Origin: Sphaerodactylus townsendi
Lineage: Eukaryota
Direction of reading: 5' to 3'
Assembly: GCF_021028975.2 (NCBI RefSeq)
Contig: NC_059437.1
Coordinates: 31,124,001 to 31,188,000, forward strand
Length of the DNA: 64,000 nucleotides
Position 1 is the stretch's first letter. Each line of letters begins with the position of its first letter. Positions 39,011 to 50,184 of the stretch are shown in pieces. Below the pieces are notes generated by a model, which saw only the letters and a program-made list of their open reading frames with translations, made no database searches and was not told the origin of the DNA. The translations under genes were made by a program, and so were the position numbers.

Positions 39011-40298
39011 ACCTTGGTTACTCTTTAAGATACCCTAAGCCTCTTCCTTGTTTATCATATTTGACTTTACAATTTACAGATCTCTGTAACATGTCAACTG
39101 GAAAGCAACTAGGCTGACATTTTGTTTCCGGTCATCATTGTGAGAGGGGGAGGAGAGCTGGGAGAGGAAGGAAAGTTGTCCATGAGGACAAAGATTTGTA
39201 CCAGTGAGGAAAGATGCAACATTTAGTCCCCAGAACGTATTTGGGGCGGGGAGTGCAAAGAGGTTTTTAAAAACTGATTTTTCTCTGATTTCCCACCAAT
39301 CTTATCTAAGTTGTTTCTAAATCAGCAAACCTGCTTCAAACAGCAGATTTTTTCAGGCTTCCACAGAGAAATTAATTCTTGAATGTGGCTTCTCTGGTAT
39401 GGAATCTGCCAAACAGTGCAGTGTTTCACAATGTTCTGGCATGGTTGTCAAATCGTACTCTTGAGTTTAGGAACTCCTTGGCATGCCAAATCTTCAATGT
39501 GGAATCCAGATGCTGGACATACTTGCAGGCTTTTCCTTGCTGTTTTTTAGGGAAATGTGGAAAAGAGACTATTAAGAGGCCTCTTTAAGATATTTCACCA
39601 CTGAGACATTTCAGTTCTATTCAGGATTATTAAGATGCTGCTGTCTTGAAGGTATAACAAGCCATGGCAGCGGGCCATAAATCTCTGCACTGCAGCAAAG
39701 GTACATTCCTTCAATCCTCATTGGACTCAGTCCAGTCCACATATTTCTACTGGAATTGGCCTGAAACAAAGGTGATTTCTCCAGTAGTTTGTAATATTCA
39801 GACCTCAACCCTCTTTTGTTCTCATTTCAAGGGTGTTCGGTAGAAAAATGTCTTCTTGGTTTAGGTAGACTTCTGTATGGTGGTTTCTGCACAGCCCAAA
39901 TATAATGGGCTAAGGAAGCTATTTATTTCGTTTTGGGAAAGAACTTCGCACAGGGCTCTTCCCCAAAATGGGTTCAGTCCGTTATATTTTCCTCAGCCTG
40001 GTTTTTACAAAAATTGCTACACTTGCAATCTTTTTAGAGAAACCAAGGGAGCCACAGCAACTGGACTGTTTGCAATCGCTTCCCAGAGGGGTGAAATTTC
40101 CAATGCAAAGGCAAATGGGAAGTTATTACTGTATATAAGGTCAAGGTCACAGACTTGCTGATACCCTTTGAACCTCATGAAGCATCCCCCACAAACTACC
40201 TTGGTTAATCTTTAAGATGCCCTAAGCCTCTTCCTTGTTTATCATATTTAACTTTACAGTTTACAGATCTCTGTAACATGTGAACTGGAAAGTAACTA
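39011..40298 (+). repeat. ~100-bp direct repeat pair (39011-39111 and 40198-40298)
   Basis: accttggtta(c/a)tctttaagat(a/g)ccctaagcctcttccttgtttatcatattt...actggaaag(c/t)aactag, with about 6 mismatches. Confidence 0.85.
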
Positions 40299-41076
40299 GT
40301 GTGCTGTGCAGAAACCACCTATGTTTTGTTTTTTAATTGGGAGACAACTATCTGTAAGTTTTGGCAGTAGTGATATTTTGGATAGCGGGGAATAAATAAG
40401 AATAGAATCTCCATCTAAAACCTATATTGAAACTGAGCTCTCTCTTTTTTCAGATGCTTTATAGGAAATATTTCCTCTGACTCCAGGCATGGGTAGGAGA
40501 GTGGAGGAGTGAGATATGAAGGAGAGGAACGGAATGGAAGAGGAAATGGCATGAACAGACCCCTTGGCTTAGGAATGCATAGAATTTGACCCCAAAAGAG
40601 AAGGAGTCACTGAAGAGCTGTGATGAAAAACTAGAAAATTCCACTGCAAAGATAGTTGGAGCCTTTCAGATCTATGCAGGGGTATTGTTTGGCCTGTTTA
40701 ATATGTCAGCTGTGGGGGGCATGCAAGCCTGTCAAATCAGTATCTCAAGCTAAACATTGTGATCTGTTTATGCCAAGGAGCCCTCTGGGGCTTGTGTTTT
40801 CGCCAAGGCTCCGAGAACAGATTGAGTGGATGCCTGGTTTTGGACTGCAGACCCCTTCTGCTGCACGCTGAACTCCAGACTTGCCCCTTAGTGAGTAAAT
40901 AAGCAACTGTCTTGCTCATACCACAAGCGTGGCTGCAGTCACAGCAGCTGAGCAGAACATCACCCACTTGAGAGCTGCAGGCCTATTATCCTGCCATTGC
41001 AGCTGGAACTTGTATTTTTGTTGTAAGGTGGGATACAAACAAGTTTCACTCCCAAATGCTAGAATTTCCAAACTCC

Positions 41077-41078
<2 letters not shown>

Positions 41079-41132
<54 letters not shown>
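41079..41132. repeat. (GA)n microsatellite
   Basis: Direct reading. Confidence 0.95.
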
Positions 41133-41134
<2 letters not shown>

Positions 41135-42334
41135 TGTGTGTAATTCTCTTAAGTATTCTACACATGATAGGAAAATGTTTATCTATCAATAGTGGAAAAT
41201 GCCACCTTATCAGTCTGAGGGTATGCAAAGGGAGAATGCTGTGTGCCACCTGCCAACCAATAAAATTCTGGGGAAGAGAGAATACTAAGGATCTATGGAG
41301 AATGACCACTGGTATTGGCAGTTTCATAGAAGATAGGTCTACAAAAAGCTACTAGCAATGATAGCTGAATGGAACCTCCATGGCCAGAAGCAGTGTATCT
41401 CTGAGTACCAGATGCTGAAGACAACAGGGAAGGCTTGGTAGATGGGCTTCATGCAAGGCTTTCTATGAGAAAAAATGATACTACAAAAGGACCCTGCCCC
41501 TGCAAGGAGGGACAGAGAAAAAGCCTGCTAGAAAAAAAGAGATGTTGTGGCATCCTCTTGTCTGTCCAAACAGCCCCACTCTACCTCAGTTTGGCTAGGC
41601 ACTACTCTTCTTGCCAATCTTGCCATCTTCCATGAGGGGCCTGGAGATTTCCCATAATTTCAAATGATCTGCAGAGATCAGTTCTCCTGGAGAAAATAAC
41701 TGATTCCGAGGGTGAATTCTATGGCACCACATCCTTGCTGAGATCCCTCCCCAAATTCTGACCTTCCCAGTCTGTGCCCCCAAATCTCCAAGAATGTTCA
41801 TTTCAATCTTTAGGTGACAGCTGAAGACAGTTTTGTTTAGGGTCACATTTGATTAATTTACTGGCAGTCCTAAATGGTGATTTTAAATTTTGCAGTTCTT
41901 GGCCATCTAGAGATCAGCTGTAATTCTGAGAGAACTCCAACCAAGACTTTGTGATCCCCAACCCCCCTTCAACTTCAGTCCACTCCCCACACACGTTTCT
42001 TTCGACTAGGCATCCTTCCGGCTGGAAGGGGGAGAAAGACTTTTGTGTTGAATTGTCTACTAATTCATTTGGGCCTTAAAATTTTGGATCATCAAATTCT
42101 TTTGTTTAAAAGAGTCTGTTATTTTCTCTTTGGGGAAGGAATTGTGGAGATGGATCAGAATGTCTATAAAATTGTATTTAATCAAGAAACATGGAAGTTG
42201 TCTGAACCAAAGATTTGAAGAATCAAAATGGTTTCTGTGTGAAGAGACAGCAGGTTTGCTTGTCTCCAACAGGTCAGAGAAGCCTGTTTCTTAGTGAATA
42301 TGCAGGCAAGTACAGATAAACATCTTTAAGGTCT

Positions 42335-43195
42335 TGTAACTACAGGTTACTATGTGACAGAAGCCATATAAATTTATGACTTTGTTTTTCTGGGTTAGAA
42401 CCAGCAATAGGGGATAGCTAAATCAATGTGATTAGTTAAATAAGGAAAAAGTGTTTTTCTATATAGTTAAATGAACACAGAAATGATAATGAGAGATTCA
42501 CATGTATTAGTATTTCACTATAATTCTATTGTGTTAGAATCAATATTTGTAGAATCATTTTGAAATGAAAAGGGAAGTTTTATGATCCTAAGGAATGCTG
42601 CATAGCTTAAGGATATATCTCTCTCTCTGGGAGAAACTTAGAAAACGGGTTTTTCTTGGAAACAAGAAAGACAGCAAGTTAGTTTTATTGCTGCCCCTTT
42701 GCATATGGGCAGAGAGAGGGCACGCGCTAACAGCATGAACAGAAGGAATGTGAATACGTAGAATAAGAGGCTGTCTTACTGTGACCAGGAGACAGATCTA
42801 TCCAATGGGATTTGAAAGTACATGCTTGTAGCACGTGAAAGAGGTATGGATTATAATACGTGAAACTTAAGGGGATGAACTGTATGACGTCTGTATTCTG
42901 TATCTATAAAGACTGGGGTCTTATAGAGGGTGTGCCTCTCACTCAAGAGCACCCGGAAGGGGGCGTGTCTCTCACTTGAGAGCACCAAGGCGTGCCTCTC
43001 CCTCGGGACAGTTCACCTTCTGTAACTTTCTAAATTCTGTGTCTATAAAATTGGTCCTTTTGTATCAAGGGTGTGCCTCTTACCCTTAAGGGGACACCCT
43101 GGTCAGATACTTATGCTGTCCAGTAAATTTATCTTCTGTTTCAAAACTGCTTCTTGGGTGTTTTCTAACTTTAAGTTTTTCTTAAACTAATTCAG
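42335..43195 (+). mobile_element. Probable ERV-type LTR (boundaries uncertain)
   Basis: TG start, AT-rich U3-like region and TATAAA at about 42905. Repeated GTG(C/T)CTCT...CACC hairpins, an AGTAAA poly(A)-like signal at about 43122 and a T-rich U5-like tail ending CA. No clear TSD. Confidence 0.45.
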
Positions 43196-44124
43196 CTGTG
43201 TAGGACCAGAAACGCAGTCCTGGCCCCACAGAATCATTGACAGGTCTGGATGGTTCTTTATGGATCCACTGACCAGTCAGGAACTTGGAGCCTTAAGACA
43301 GCTATCCACTGCCTAATGAACTGCTATCCTGGTGTGGATGGGCCTTATTTTAAAGGGGGTACCCCTCTGCCTAGTCTGTTGGGAAGGACTTGGCTGCCTG
43401 AGTTAAACAAAGATTTGTCAGAGATTCCTTGACTCCACAGTTGCTAGCCTGCCATCTCCTGGACTGTTTGTTGAGGACTGCAAAAAAGCAGTGAGAAGAG
43501 GCTGTGGGCAACCTGAATCGGTGATGGCGCTGTCGGCTCTGGATTGGGAAATTCCTGAAGATTTAGTGTGGGGGAGGGGGACCAAAGGCCAATTATTTGA
43601 TAGCCAATTAATTGGCTACCAAAGGCCAATTATGCACAAGGCATCTGTTGCGCTTCGGGGGCAAATGTCTGTTGCAGCAAGATGTCTTGTATGAACGCAT
43701 CTCCTCAAGCCCCACTTTCACTTTCTAGTCTCCCCACGGCAAGCAAGACCACTTGTAGCACAAATTTAATTTGCTTCACCCCCAGAGCGGGGAGATTTTT
43801 CAGTGAGCACAGCTTTGACCCAGACCTTTTCCCTTTGCCCACAGCCAGCCTGCCTAGTTCCACTCTACCCACACCTCGCAGTGCCATTTGTGCCTTGCCC
43901 CGTTCCATGTTGCTGGCTCTTTCCAGTTTCTCCAATGCTCATTTGGATATATCAATGTATCAGTATAACGGAGTTGGCTTTTGCAAGGAACAGCACAAGC
44001 AGGGTCAGTTTCTGGCTCCAGCCCATCTCCCACACTTTTAAAAAACTTTTTTTCAGACAAGCCTCTTTTTTGAAACTAGCCTCTCTCCCGCCACAGCAGA
44101 GAGAGACAGTGGAGGAGCAGGAGC

Positions 44125-44307
44125 AGCTGTGGGGGCGGGGCGGGGGGTTTCAGCTGTATAGTATTGGGACTGAGTGTTATGAGATCTGTGAGACCAGGGA
44201 ACCGAGGCCCCTTAAGACTGTTGGGGGGGGGGACTGGGCTACCTCTAAACAGAGGAATGCAAGGAGACCACACTCCCCACTGTACAGCTAAAAGGCCCAA
44301 GGTAAGT
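44125..44307 (+). promoter_or_regulatory. Candidate promoter and non-coding first exon of the NYX-like gene
   Basis: Tandem GC boxes GGGGCGGGGCGGGG at about 44131-44147. A perfect donor AAG|GTAAGT lies at 44301/44302. Possible acceptors are ttttctag at 45128 and ctctag at 45419. Confidence 0.35.
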
Positions 44308-45376
44308 GTTCCATGACTTATGGGCCATAGAGTCAGCCCTCCAAAGCAACCTTTACTTGTTTGTTTGTTTTTCATGTAGTTTCTCATATGCAGATATTAA
44401 AAAAGTATTGATACAATAAATCTTAAAATCAGTCCCTAAAAACCACTATTCAGTATTGCTCAATCAGATTCAATGAAATAAATTGCAATAACTGAAAACA
44501 TTACGCAAATCACAGGCCATGATCTATAAAACAGGACAGAGAAGTTTTACAGTGTCACATCTAGTCTTACAGTCTCAGCCACTTTCTCCAGGGAAAGCAA
44601 TCTCTGCAGTCTGGAAACCAGTTGTAATTCTGCGGGAACTCCAGGACCCACCAGGAGGATGGCAACCCTGCCAACTAGCTGCCTTAGCTGAGCCAGAAGC
44701 CAATGCGGATTACAGAAGCAGATCAAGAGCAGGTTAAGGCTCTGAAGTACAAATTTAGATGGCCTCTAGTGAGAGGCAATTAGTTTGGGTAAAGAAAAGT
44801 GCTACTAACTCAATGTCTAGATATGCCCCTTACCTTAGTGAGATAGATCTGCATTATTTTGTATCTCATAATTTCAAGACATCAAAAATACAGTTTCTAA
44901 TACACCAACTACATGTTGGGCTTCCTTCTCCCATCCGTGTAGTAGCAGCCCACACAATCATAGATGCAATATCCCAGACCGTAACTGCCTTATCCAAAGG
45001 AGGAGGGGTACAGCTTTTTCCATTTTTGTGCAGTGGTCTTTCGAGCAGGCACTAGCAATTTTCTCAACCTTCAGGCTCTATTCGAAATCTTCAGTGTCTC
45101 AGTGCAACATATAGCCTGGTTTTTCTAGATGTCTTTACCGTTGCATGGCCCTCTCTGCCCTGAAGTTCTGACTAGCATCCATCCTGGCTCCTCACAACAT
45201 GCTGGATCTCATTTGACTAAGAACTTTATCCCTGCCAGCAGCCATAAGCTCCCTTGAGTTCATTTCCTTTCTGTAAAAAAAACCTTGTCATTCCTCCTGG
45301 GTCCGTCCTCCTTCTGCTGTTTTTCAAAAGAGCTGCACGGCATTTTTGGTGATGCTCTTTAACCTATGCCAAGATC

Positions 45377-46636
45377 ATGCTGTTGCTATTTTTCCTTTCT
45401 CTTTTTGCTGGTCCTCTAGAGTCTGGACTGGACACAAGCCCCTGTGCCTGTCCACCCATGTGTAAATGTTTTTCTGATGCAATTATCTACTGTGGCAGAG
45501 CTGGACTCAGAAGCCTCCCGACAGACATCGTCGCTTCTACCATCTCTCTGAACCTGTCCGATAATTTTTTGCGTATCCTGGCTGCTGATGCCTTTGGCAA
45601 CCTCACTTTTCTGAGCAGCCTCTGGCTGGATCACAACAATCTAACTTTCTTGTACCCAGGTGCATTTAAGTCACTCTACAATCTGAGGGTGCTGTACCTC
45701 AGTAGTAATTCTCGACTGACCTACCTTCATGCCAACACCTTCCAAGGCCTGGACAACCTCGTCAGCTTGGACTTATCCCACTGCAACCTTTTCGAGATCC
45801 ACCCGTTCATATTCTCCCACTTGCCCTCTCTGGAAGTGCTCGACCTGACTGCCAACAACATGCACTACATCCCACAAGCTTTCCGAAGCTTGACGCGTCT
45901 CATGAGGCTGTCTCTGGAGAGGAATCACATCGAAGCCATTGGCAGGGACTCATTGAAGGCCATGAGAGCGCTGAAAGACTTGAATCTCCGCAAGAATCGA
46001 ATCTGGACCATCCATCGTGATGCCTTTCTCAAACTGGACAGGCTCTGCATGTTAAATTTAGGGCACAATCACCTCTCTGATTTGCCTAACCAGCTTTTCA
46101 GTGGATTAGCCCAGCTCAGGACCATACGTCTCGAGGCAAACAGATTCACCAGGATCAACTGCTCCTTTTACGGCCTGCGCAGCCTGAGGAAGCTGTACTT
46201 GAACAACAACCACATCATGTTCATTGCAGAAGCTGCATTCTCACCTTTGAAGGAACTTAGCTTTCTTCACTTAAACAGGAATAACCTGAGCTACCTTTCC
46301 AGCCGCCTGCTCATGGAGCTACCCAAGCTGAGATACGTCTTCTTGTCCCATAACCCCTGGGAGTGTGATTGTGGAATGTTGTGGTTTGCCACCTGGATAC
46401 TGACCTACCAAGGGATGATTGAAGGCATGCACTGCACAATTCCTGAGGTTCGCAACGTGTCGTTGCTGAGCCTCTTTACGAACGACGCCTTAGCCACCTG
46501 CTCGCCTCCATGGGGGGTAATAGAGGAGGATGCCTGTGAAGGGCCACACACAAATGGAGCTTTTCCTTCATCTGCCGCTTCTGGGATAATACTTTGCTTC
46601 CTGTTTACCTTGAAGCTTCAGCTCTCAGCTGTTTAG
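45377..46636 (+). CDS. Nyctalopin-like extracellular leucine-rich repeat protein, 419 aa: signal peptide, LRRNT, 11 LRRs, LRRCT, predicted GPI signal
   Basis: Uninterrupted ORF with a hydrophobic N-terminus (MLLLFFLSLFAG) and LRRNT CACPPMCKC...YC. Eleven LxxLxLxxN repeats are followed by LRRCT NPWECDC...C...C. The tail TNGAFPSSAASGIILCFLFTLKLQLSAV resembles a GPI-addition signal. Motifs parallel recalled human NYX: CGRAGL/CDRAGL, HNNLTFLYPGAFKSL/HNNLSFITPGAFKGL, LTYLHANTF/LRYLHARTF, LDLSHCNLF/LDLAACRLF, ERNHIEAI/ERGRIEAV. Confidence 0.9.
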   Translation: MLLLFFLSLFAGPLESGLDTSPCACPPMCKCFSDAIIYCGRAGLRSLPTDIVASTISLNLSDNFLRILAADAFGNLTFLSSLWLDHNNLTFLYPGAFKSLYNLRVLYLSSNSRLTYLHANTFQGLDNLVSLDLSHCNLFEIHPFIFSHLPSLEVLDLTANNMHYIPQAFRSLTRLMRLSLERNHIEAIGRDSLKAMRALKDLNLRKNRIWTIHRDAFLKLDRLCMLNLGHNHLSDLPNQLFSGLAQLRTIRLEANRFTRINCSFYGLRSLRKLYLNNNHIMFIAEAAFSPLKELSFLHLNRNNLSYLSSRLLMELPKLRYVFLSHNPWECDCGMLWFATWILTYQGMIEGMHCTIPEVRNVSLLSLFTNDALATCSPPWGVIEEDACEGPHTNGAFPSSAASGIILCFLFTLKLQLSAV

Positions 46637-48211
46637 TCCTTTATGTGGACAACCAGAGACAGCCATAAGTTAATGCTTGGAAAAACGGGTCTTTGTTATC
46701 TGTACTCTGACAATTTAAAAAATGGAATGGATTTATCCTTTGGGGAAAGTTCAGGAGTTCTTTTTTTTTTAAAGACTGCGGTTAACTTCAGACATCCAAA
46801 TGCAATTAGCACTGCAGGTACCGGATACTAATCTCATTGTTATTTTAATTGGGGAAGGAGAGCAGGCGGCAGGCGTACTAAAACCAGTCAAACTGACTTA
46901 CATATCAGGCTCAGGGGCTTTAAAAAGGGGGGTTTGGCTGTGGATGTTTGCAAACTGCCTGGCTCTTGTGAGATGCCACTTTTATTCCCTGGCAGACTGA
47001 GGGTACCTAGCTGGGTGGCAACAGTCACAGACTGCCCTCAAGAAAGTGGCAATGCAGGCTCAGAAATATCACACTGTATGCTTTTTTTAAGGTGCTCTCT
47101 GAGGGACAAACAACAACTTTCTCACCTGTAAATTATTATTTTTTAAGTGACTTTGAGTAGAGAGGTGGATTGGGACCATAGCAGCAAGGGAAGGTTAATT
47201 CTTCCAAGAAAAATCACTCTCCCAACTGCTTTTACATCTACAAATGACAGGTGCAATACATTTGCCTTTTCCACTATTAGGTTTTATAGCTGCTTGGAAA
47301 GTTTTCACTTGAGAAAGTCCAACAGCAGAAAAAGTTAACCAGCAGTCCTCTGCCCCCAGTGTTATGGCCCCAATCCAATTTGGTCCCAACTGCTAAAACT
47401 GTATGGGTCTAACTGGATGCCCGCCCGCGCCCAGCCAGATTAGTTCACACCAGAATGATGAGGCCTTGACTAAGCAGTAGAATCGCACACTTTCTGTGCA
47501 CAGGGTCCCAAGTTTAATTCCCAACATCTCCAACTAAAAAAGGATCTCAGGGGGCAGGGTTGCAAAAAAAAATAATCTAGGAATTTGGGTTCTGCTCTGT
47601 AGAGCATGATGTTGTCTCTTGGGATACCATCAGCCTTAGTAAAGTCTGAAAGGTATAGAGTGCAGGATATCTTTTAAGTGCAAACCGGGGGGGGCGGGGG
47701 GAGGTTCTTGATTTGTACTAAACCAATGTGTTTAAGAAGAAAAAATTGTGATACGCTGAGAGAAAACAAGATCAAGCGGCATGAAAATAGACTGGGTACA
47801 GCCCTCTAGCTCCAATCTGAGCCGCAGAAGGGCATTATCCCAAGATATTCACAGCTGATCTTTTAAAAAAACACTGAAATGCAGCTGGGACAGAGGAATT
47901 GCCAATTTACATTCAACAGCAGTGCTGGGGGTAGGAGTGTTCAGTTTTCTTCCTGCCTGAGCTATTTTCTGGGTCAGACATTCCTGAGTTGCAAGGGGGG
48001 AAATGCTAACTACGTTTCAGGGTGTTTTAAAGCCAAAAGCTCAAAAGCATATCTCCAGGGAGAAAGTGGCACTTAGATGTTTTCATGTTGATCCATGGGC
48101 AACTCCATGGTCCTTAGAGAGATACTAGCTGCCCCCACCCCTAGCTTTCCCAAGTTGCAATTCCTGCTATTTCTCAGTGCCCCCCTCCCAACTAGAATCA
48201 TAGACTCAAGA

Positions 48212-48821
48212 GGCCCCTTCTGCACATGCAGAATAATACACTTTCAATCCACTTTCACAATTGTTTGTGTAGTCGACCCACGCGGTCAGCGTAAGAACGA
48301 GACGAGACGCGGAGATAACATCTGGTGGAGATCGCCAGCAGCGGGAGACCGGAGGTCCGTGTTCCTAGCGAATCTCCCGTCTGCCGGTTCCTGGCACCTT
48401 TTATTGTTACTCTATCGGGGGCGTGTATAAGGGAGGACTGGGGGGAGTTCCGGGAGAACGGGAGGCGGGAGGTCGGGAGATCATCATGTGATGTATGATC
48501 TCATCTGGCTACGTGCGGAGAGGAGCATACGCGTCTGAGCCTAATCCTCACCTGGGGGCAAGGCCATTGTCCCTGCGCCCGGTGATTGAGTCAGACAGTT
48601 CATGACCCGTGACTCATGGGGGGATGAGGAGTGGGGGTGCGATGCGACCGGCAAGGCCGCAGGTCCGTTGGCGTCCCAACGTTCTACTACGGCACTGCTG
48701 GGTCGGCAGTGCACTACTACAGTTTGCAAGTTGATTTTGCCATTCCGCACAGTAAAATCCAGCTGCAAAGTGCATTGAAAGTGGACTGAAAGTTCATTAT
48801 TCTGCATGTGCGGAAGGGGCC
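48212..48821. mobile_element. PIF/Harbinger-like MITE split by a solo LTR
   Basis: TIRs GGCCCCTTCTGCACATGCAGAATAAT and ATTATTCTGCATGTGCGGAAGGGGCC. Related copies at 18331-18471 and about 27290-27420. Confidence 0.78.
48268..48721 (-). mobile_element. Solo LTR (454 bp), apparently young
   Basis: TGTAGT...ACTACA inverted termini and a perfect 5-bp TSD GTTTG (48263-48267 and 48722-48726). Minus-strand AATAAA at about 48400. CpG-rich. Confidence 0.85.
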
Positions 48822-49780
48822 ATGGAGTTGGAAAAGGGCCATAGAGGCCATCTAGTCCAATTCCCCGCTCAGTGCAGGATCAGGCTAGAGCATCCCTGAC
48901 AAGTGCTTATCTAGCCTTTGCTTGAAGACTGCCAGAGAAGACATCGCCACCTCTCTAGGCAGCTGATTCCACTGTTGAACTGCTCTCACTGTAAGGAAAA
49001 AAACACCCTATTATACAGTCAGTACATTTCCATTTGTAATTTAAACCATTAGTAGCAACGGTTCATCTTTCTGAACTGGTATTTTCATGTTGTTTCCTCG
49101 CTCTGGACTGCAACGCCCATTCAAGGTCCACCAATATCACCAGATCCTACCTCCTAAGCCCCAGTGGATGCCTGTTTCTGCATGCAGTTCTTTTGCCTGG
49201 TGGATGAGAATGTCTTAGAAAAATGAGGCTCAATTACAATCCAGGTTAATTTTTTAAAATGCCACCTGCCCCATTGCCGATTTCCTCCAAGTAGAGAGAC
49301 AAATTTCATCAGGGAATGTGACCTTCCATTCCACAGGCTGAGCTGCCAAGATGTCTTGAAGCCTGCACATTCCCTCCTGACAGCTGTCAAGACAAACCCA
49401 GTGCATTGCAATTACAGATAAAGAGAAGCTGCTAGACCAGAAAGGTATCCTTTTGGCGGCCTTAAATGCTGAGGAGCAGCTCCCCCTGGTGCCCCAAACA
49501 GCTAATTGTGGCAGGATCCACCTTGGCCCAAATCAGTCTCATGCACTGTATTCACCTGCAGCCTTCAGCCCCACTCAGAAAGCAAGCCAACCAACATGTC
49601 AGGAAGGGGTCATGTAGGAAGGGGAATTCCCACAGGTGCAGCTTTCCTTGCTTCTGCGTGACAAGATGAGCCTCCCATAATCCCTCTTCCCTTGCGCAGC
49701 AAGCAAGACAGCCTCATCCTCCTTTGCCTTGGGTGACGGTGGGCTAGTGTAGGAACACAGTGGAATAGTGGGGTTCGAAC

Positions 49781-50184
49781 CAGTGACGTAGCTATAGATT
49801 TTTTAATGGGGTGGGTTTGGGGGCGTGGCCATGCCCCCACTCACCCCTGGGGGCGTGCCCACGCCTCCCCAAGCTCTGTCCCCGGCCTCAGTGTTTCAAG
49901 ACCAGGGAAAGCAGCCTCCTCTGCACCCCCCCCCCCAGCTGGGAGCCCAGCCAGCAGCCCCTTCTTCCCTCCCCTCTGGGGAGAAGAGACTGCAGTCTCC
50001 AGTCTCAGAGAGCTGCTTTTATAAGCACTGAGGCCAAGGGCAGGGCTTGGGAGGCGTGGCCATGTCCCCAGGGGTTGGTGGGGGTATGGCCATGCCTACC
50101 TAGCCCCACCCCCTGGCAGTGGGGAGCTTTGGACATGTAATGGGGGGGTTGAACCCGTGAGCCCCCACCTTTCCTACGTCCTTG
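49781..50184. mobile_element. GC-rich hAT MITE
   Basis: CAGTGACGTAG...CTACGTCCTTG termini; TSD GTTCGAAC/GTTCAAAC. Confidence 0.75.

Larger units (their letters stand above)
48192..49050 (-). mobile_element. Older CR1 3' fragment interrupted by a MITE and an LTR
   Basis: tagaatcataga tail at about 48193. After the MITE it continues as gagttggaaaagggccatagaggccatctagtccaa...tgattccactgttgaactgctctcactgtaagg. Confidence 0.65.

Noticed and set aside
42925-43100. CRISPR-like repeat-spacer array
   Set aside because: Eukaryotic context, only 3-4 degenerate units, irregular spacing and no cas genes.
45377-46636. Calling the LRR gene NYX itself, IGFALS, or a VLR/TLR-type immune receptor
   Set aside because: Synteny is wrong for NYX and it is clearly diverged. 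It has too few repeats for IGFALS, no TIR domain and no flanking LRR cassettes.
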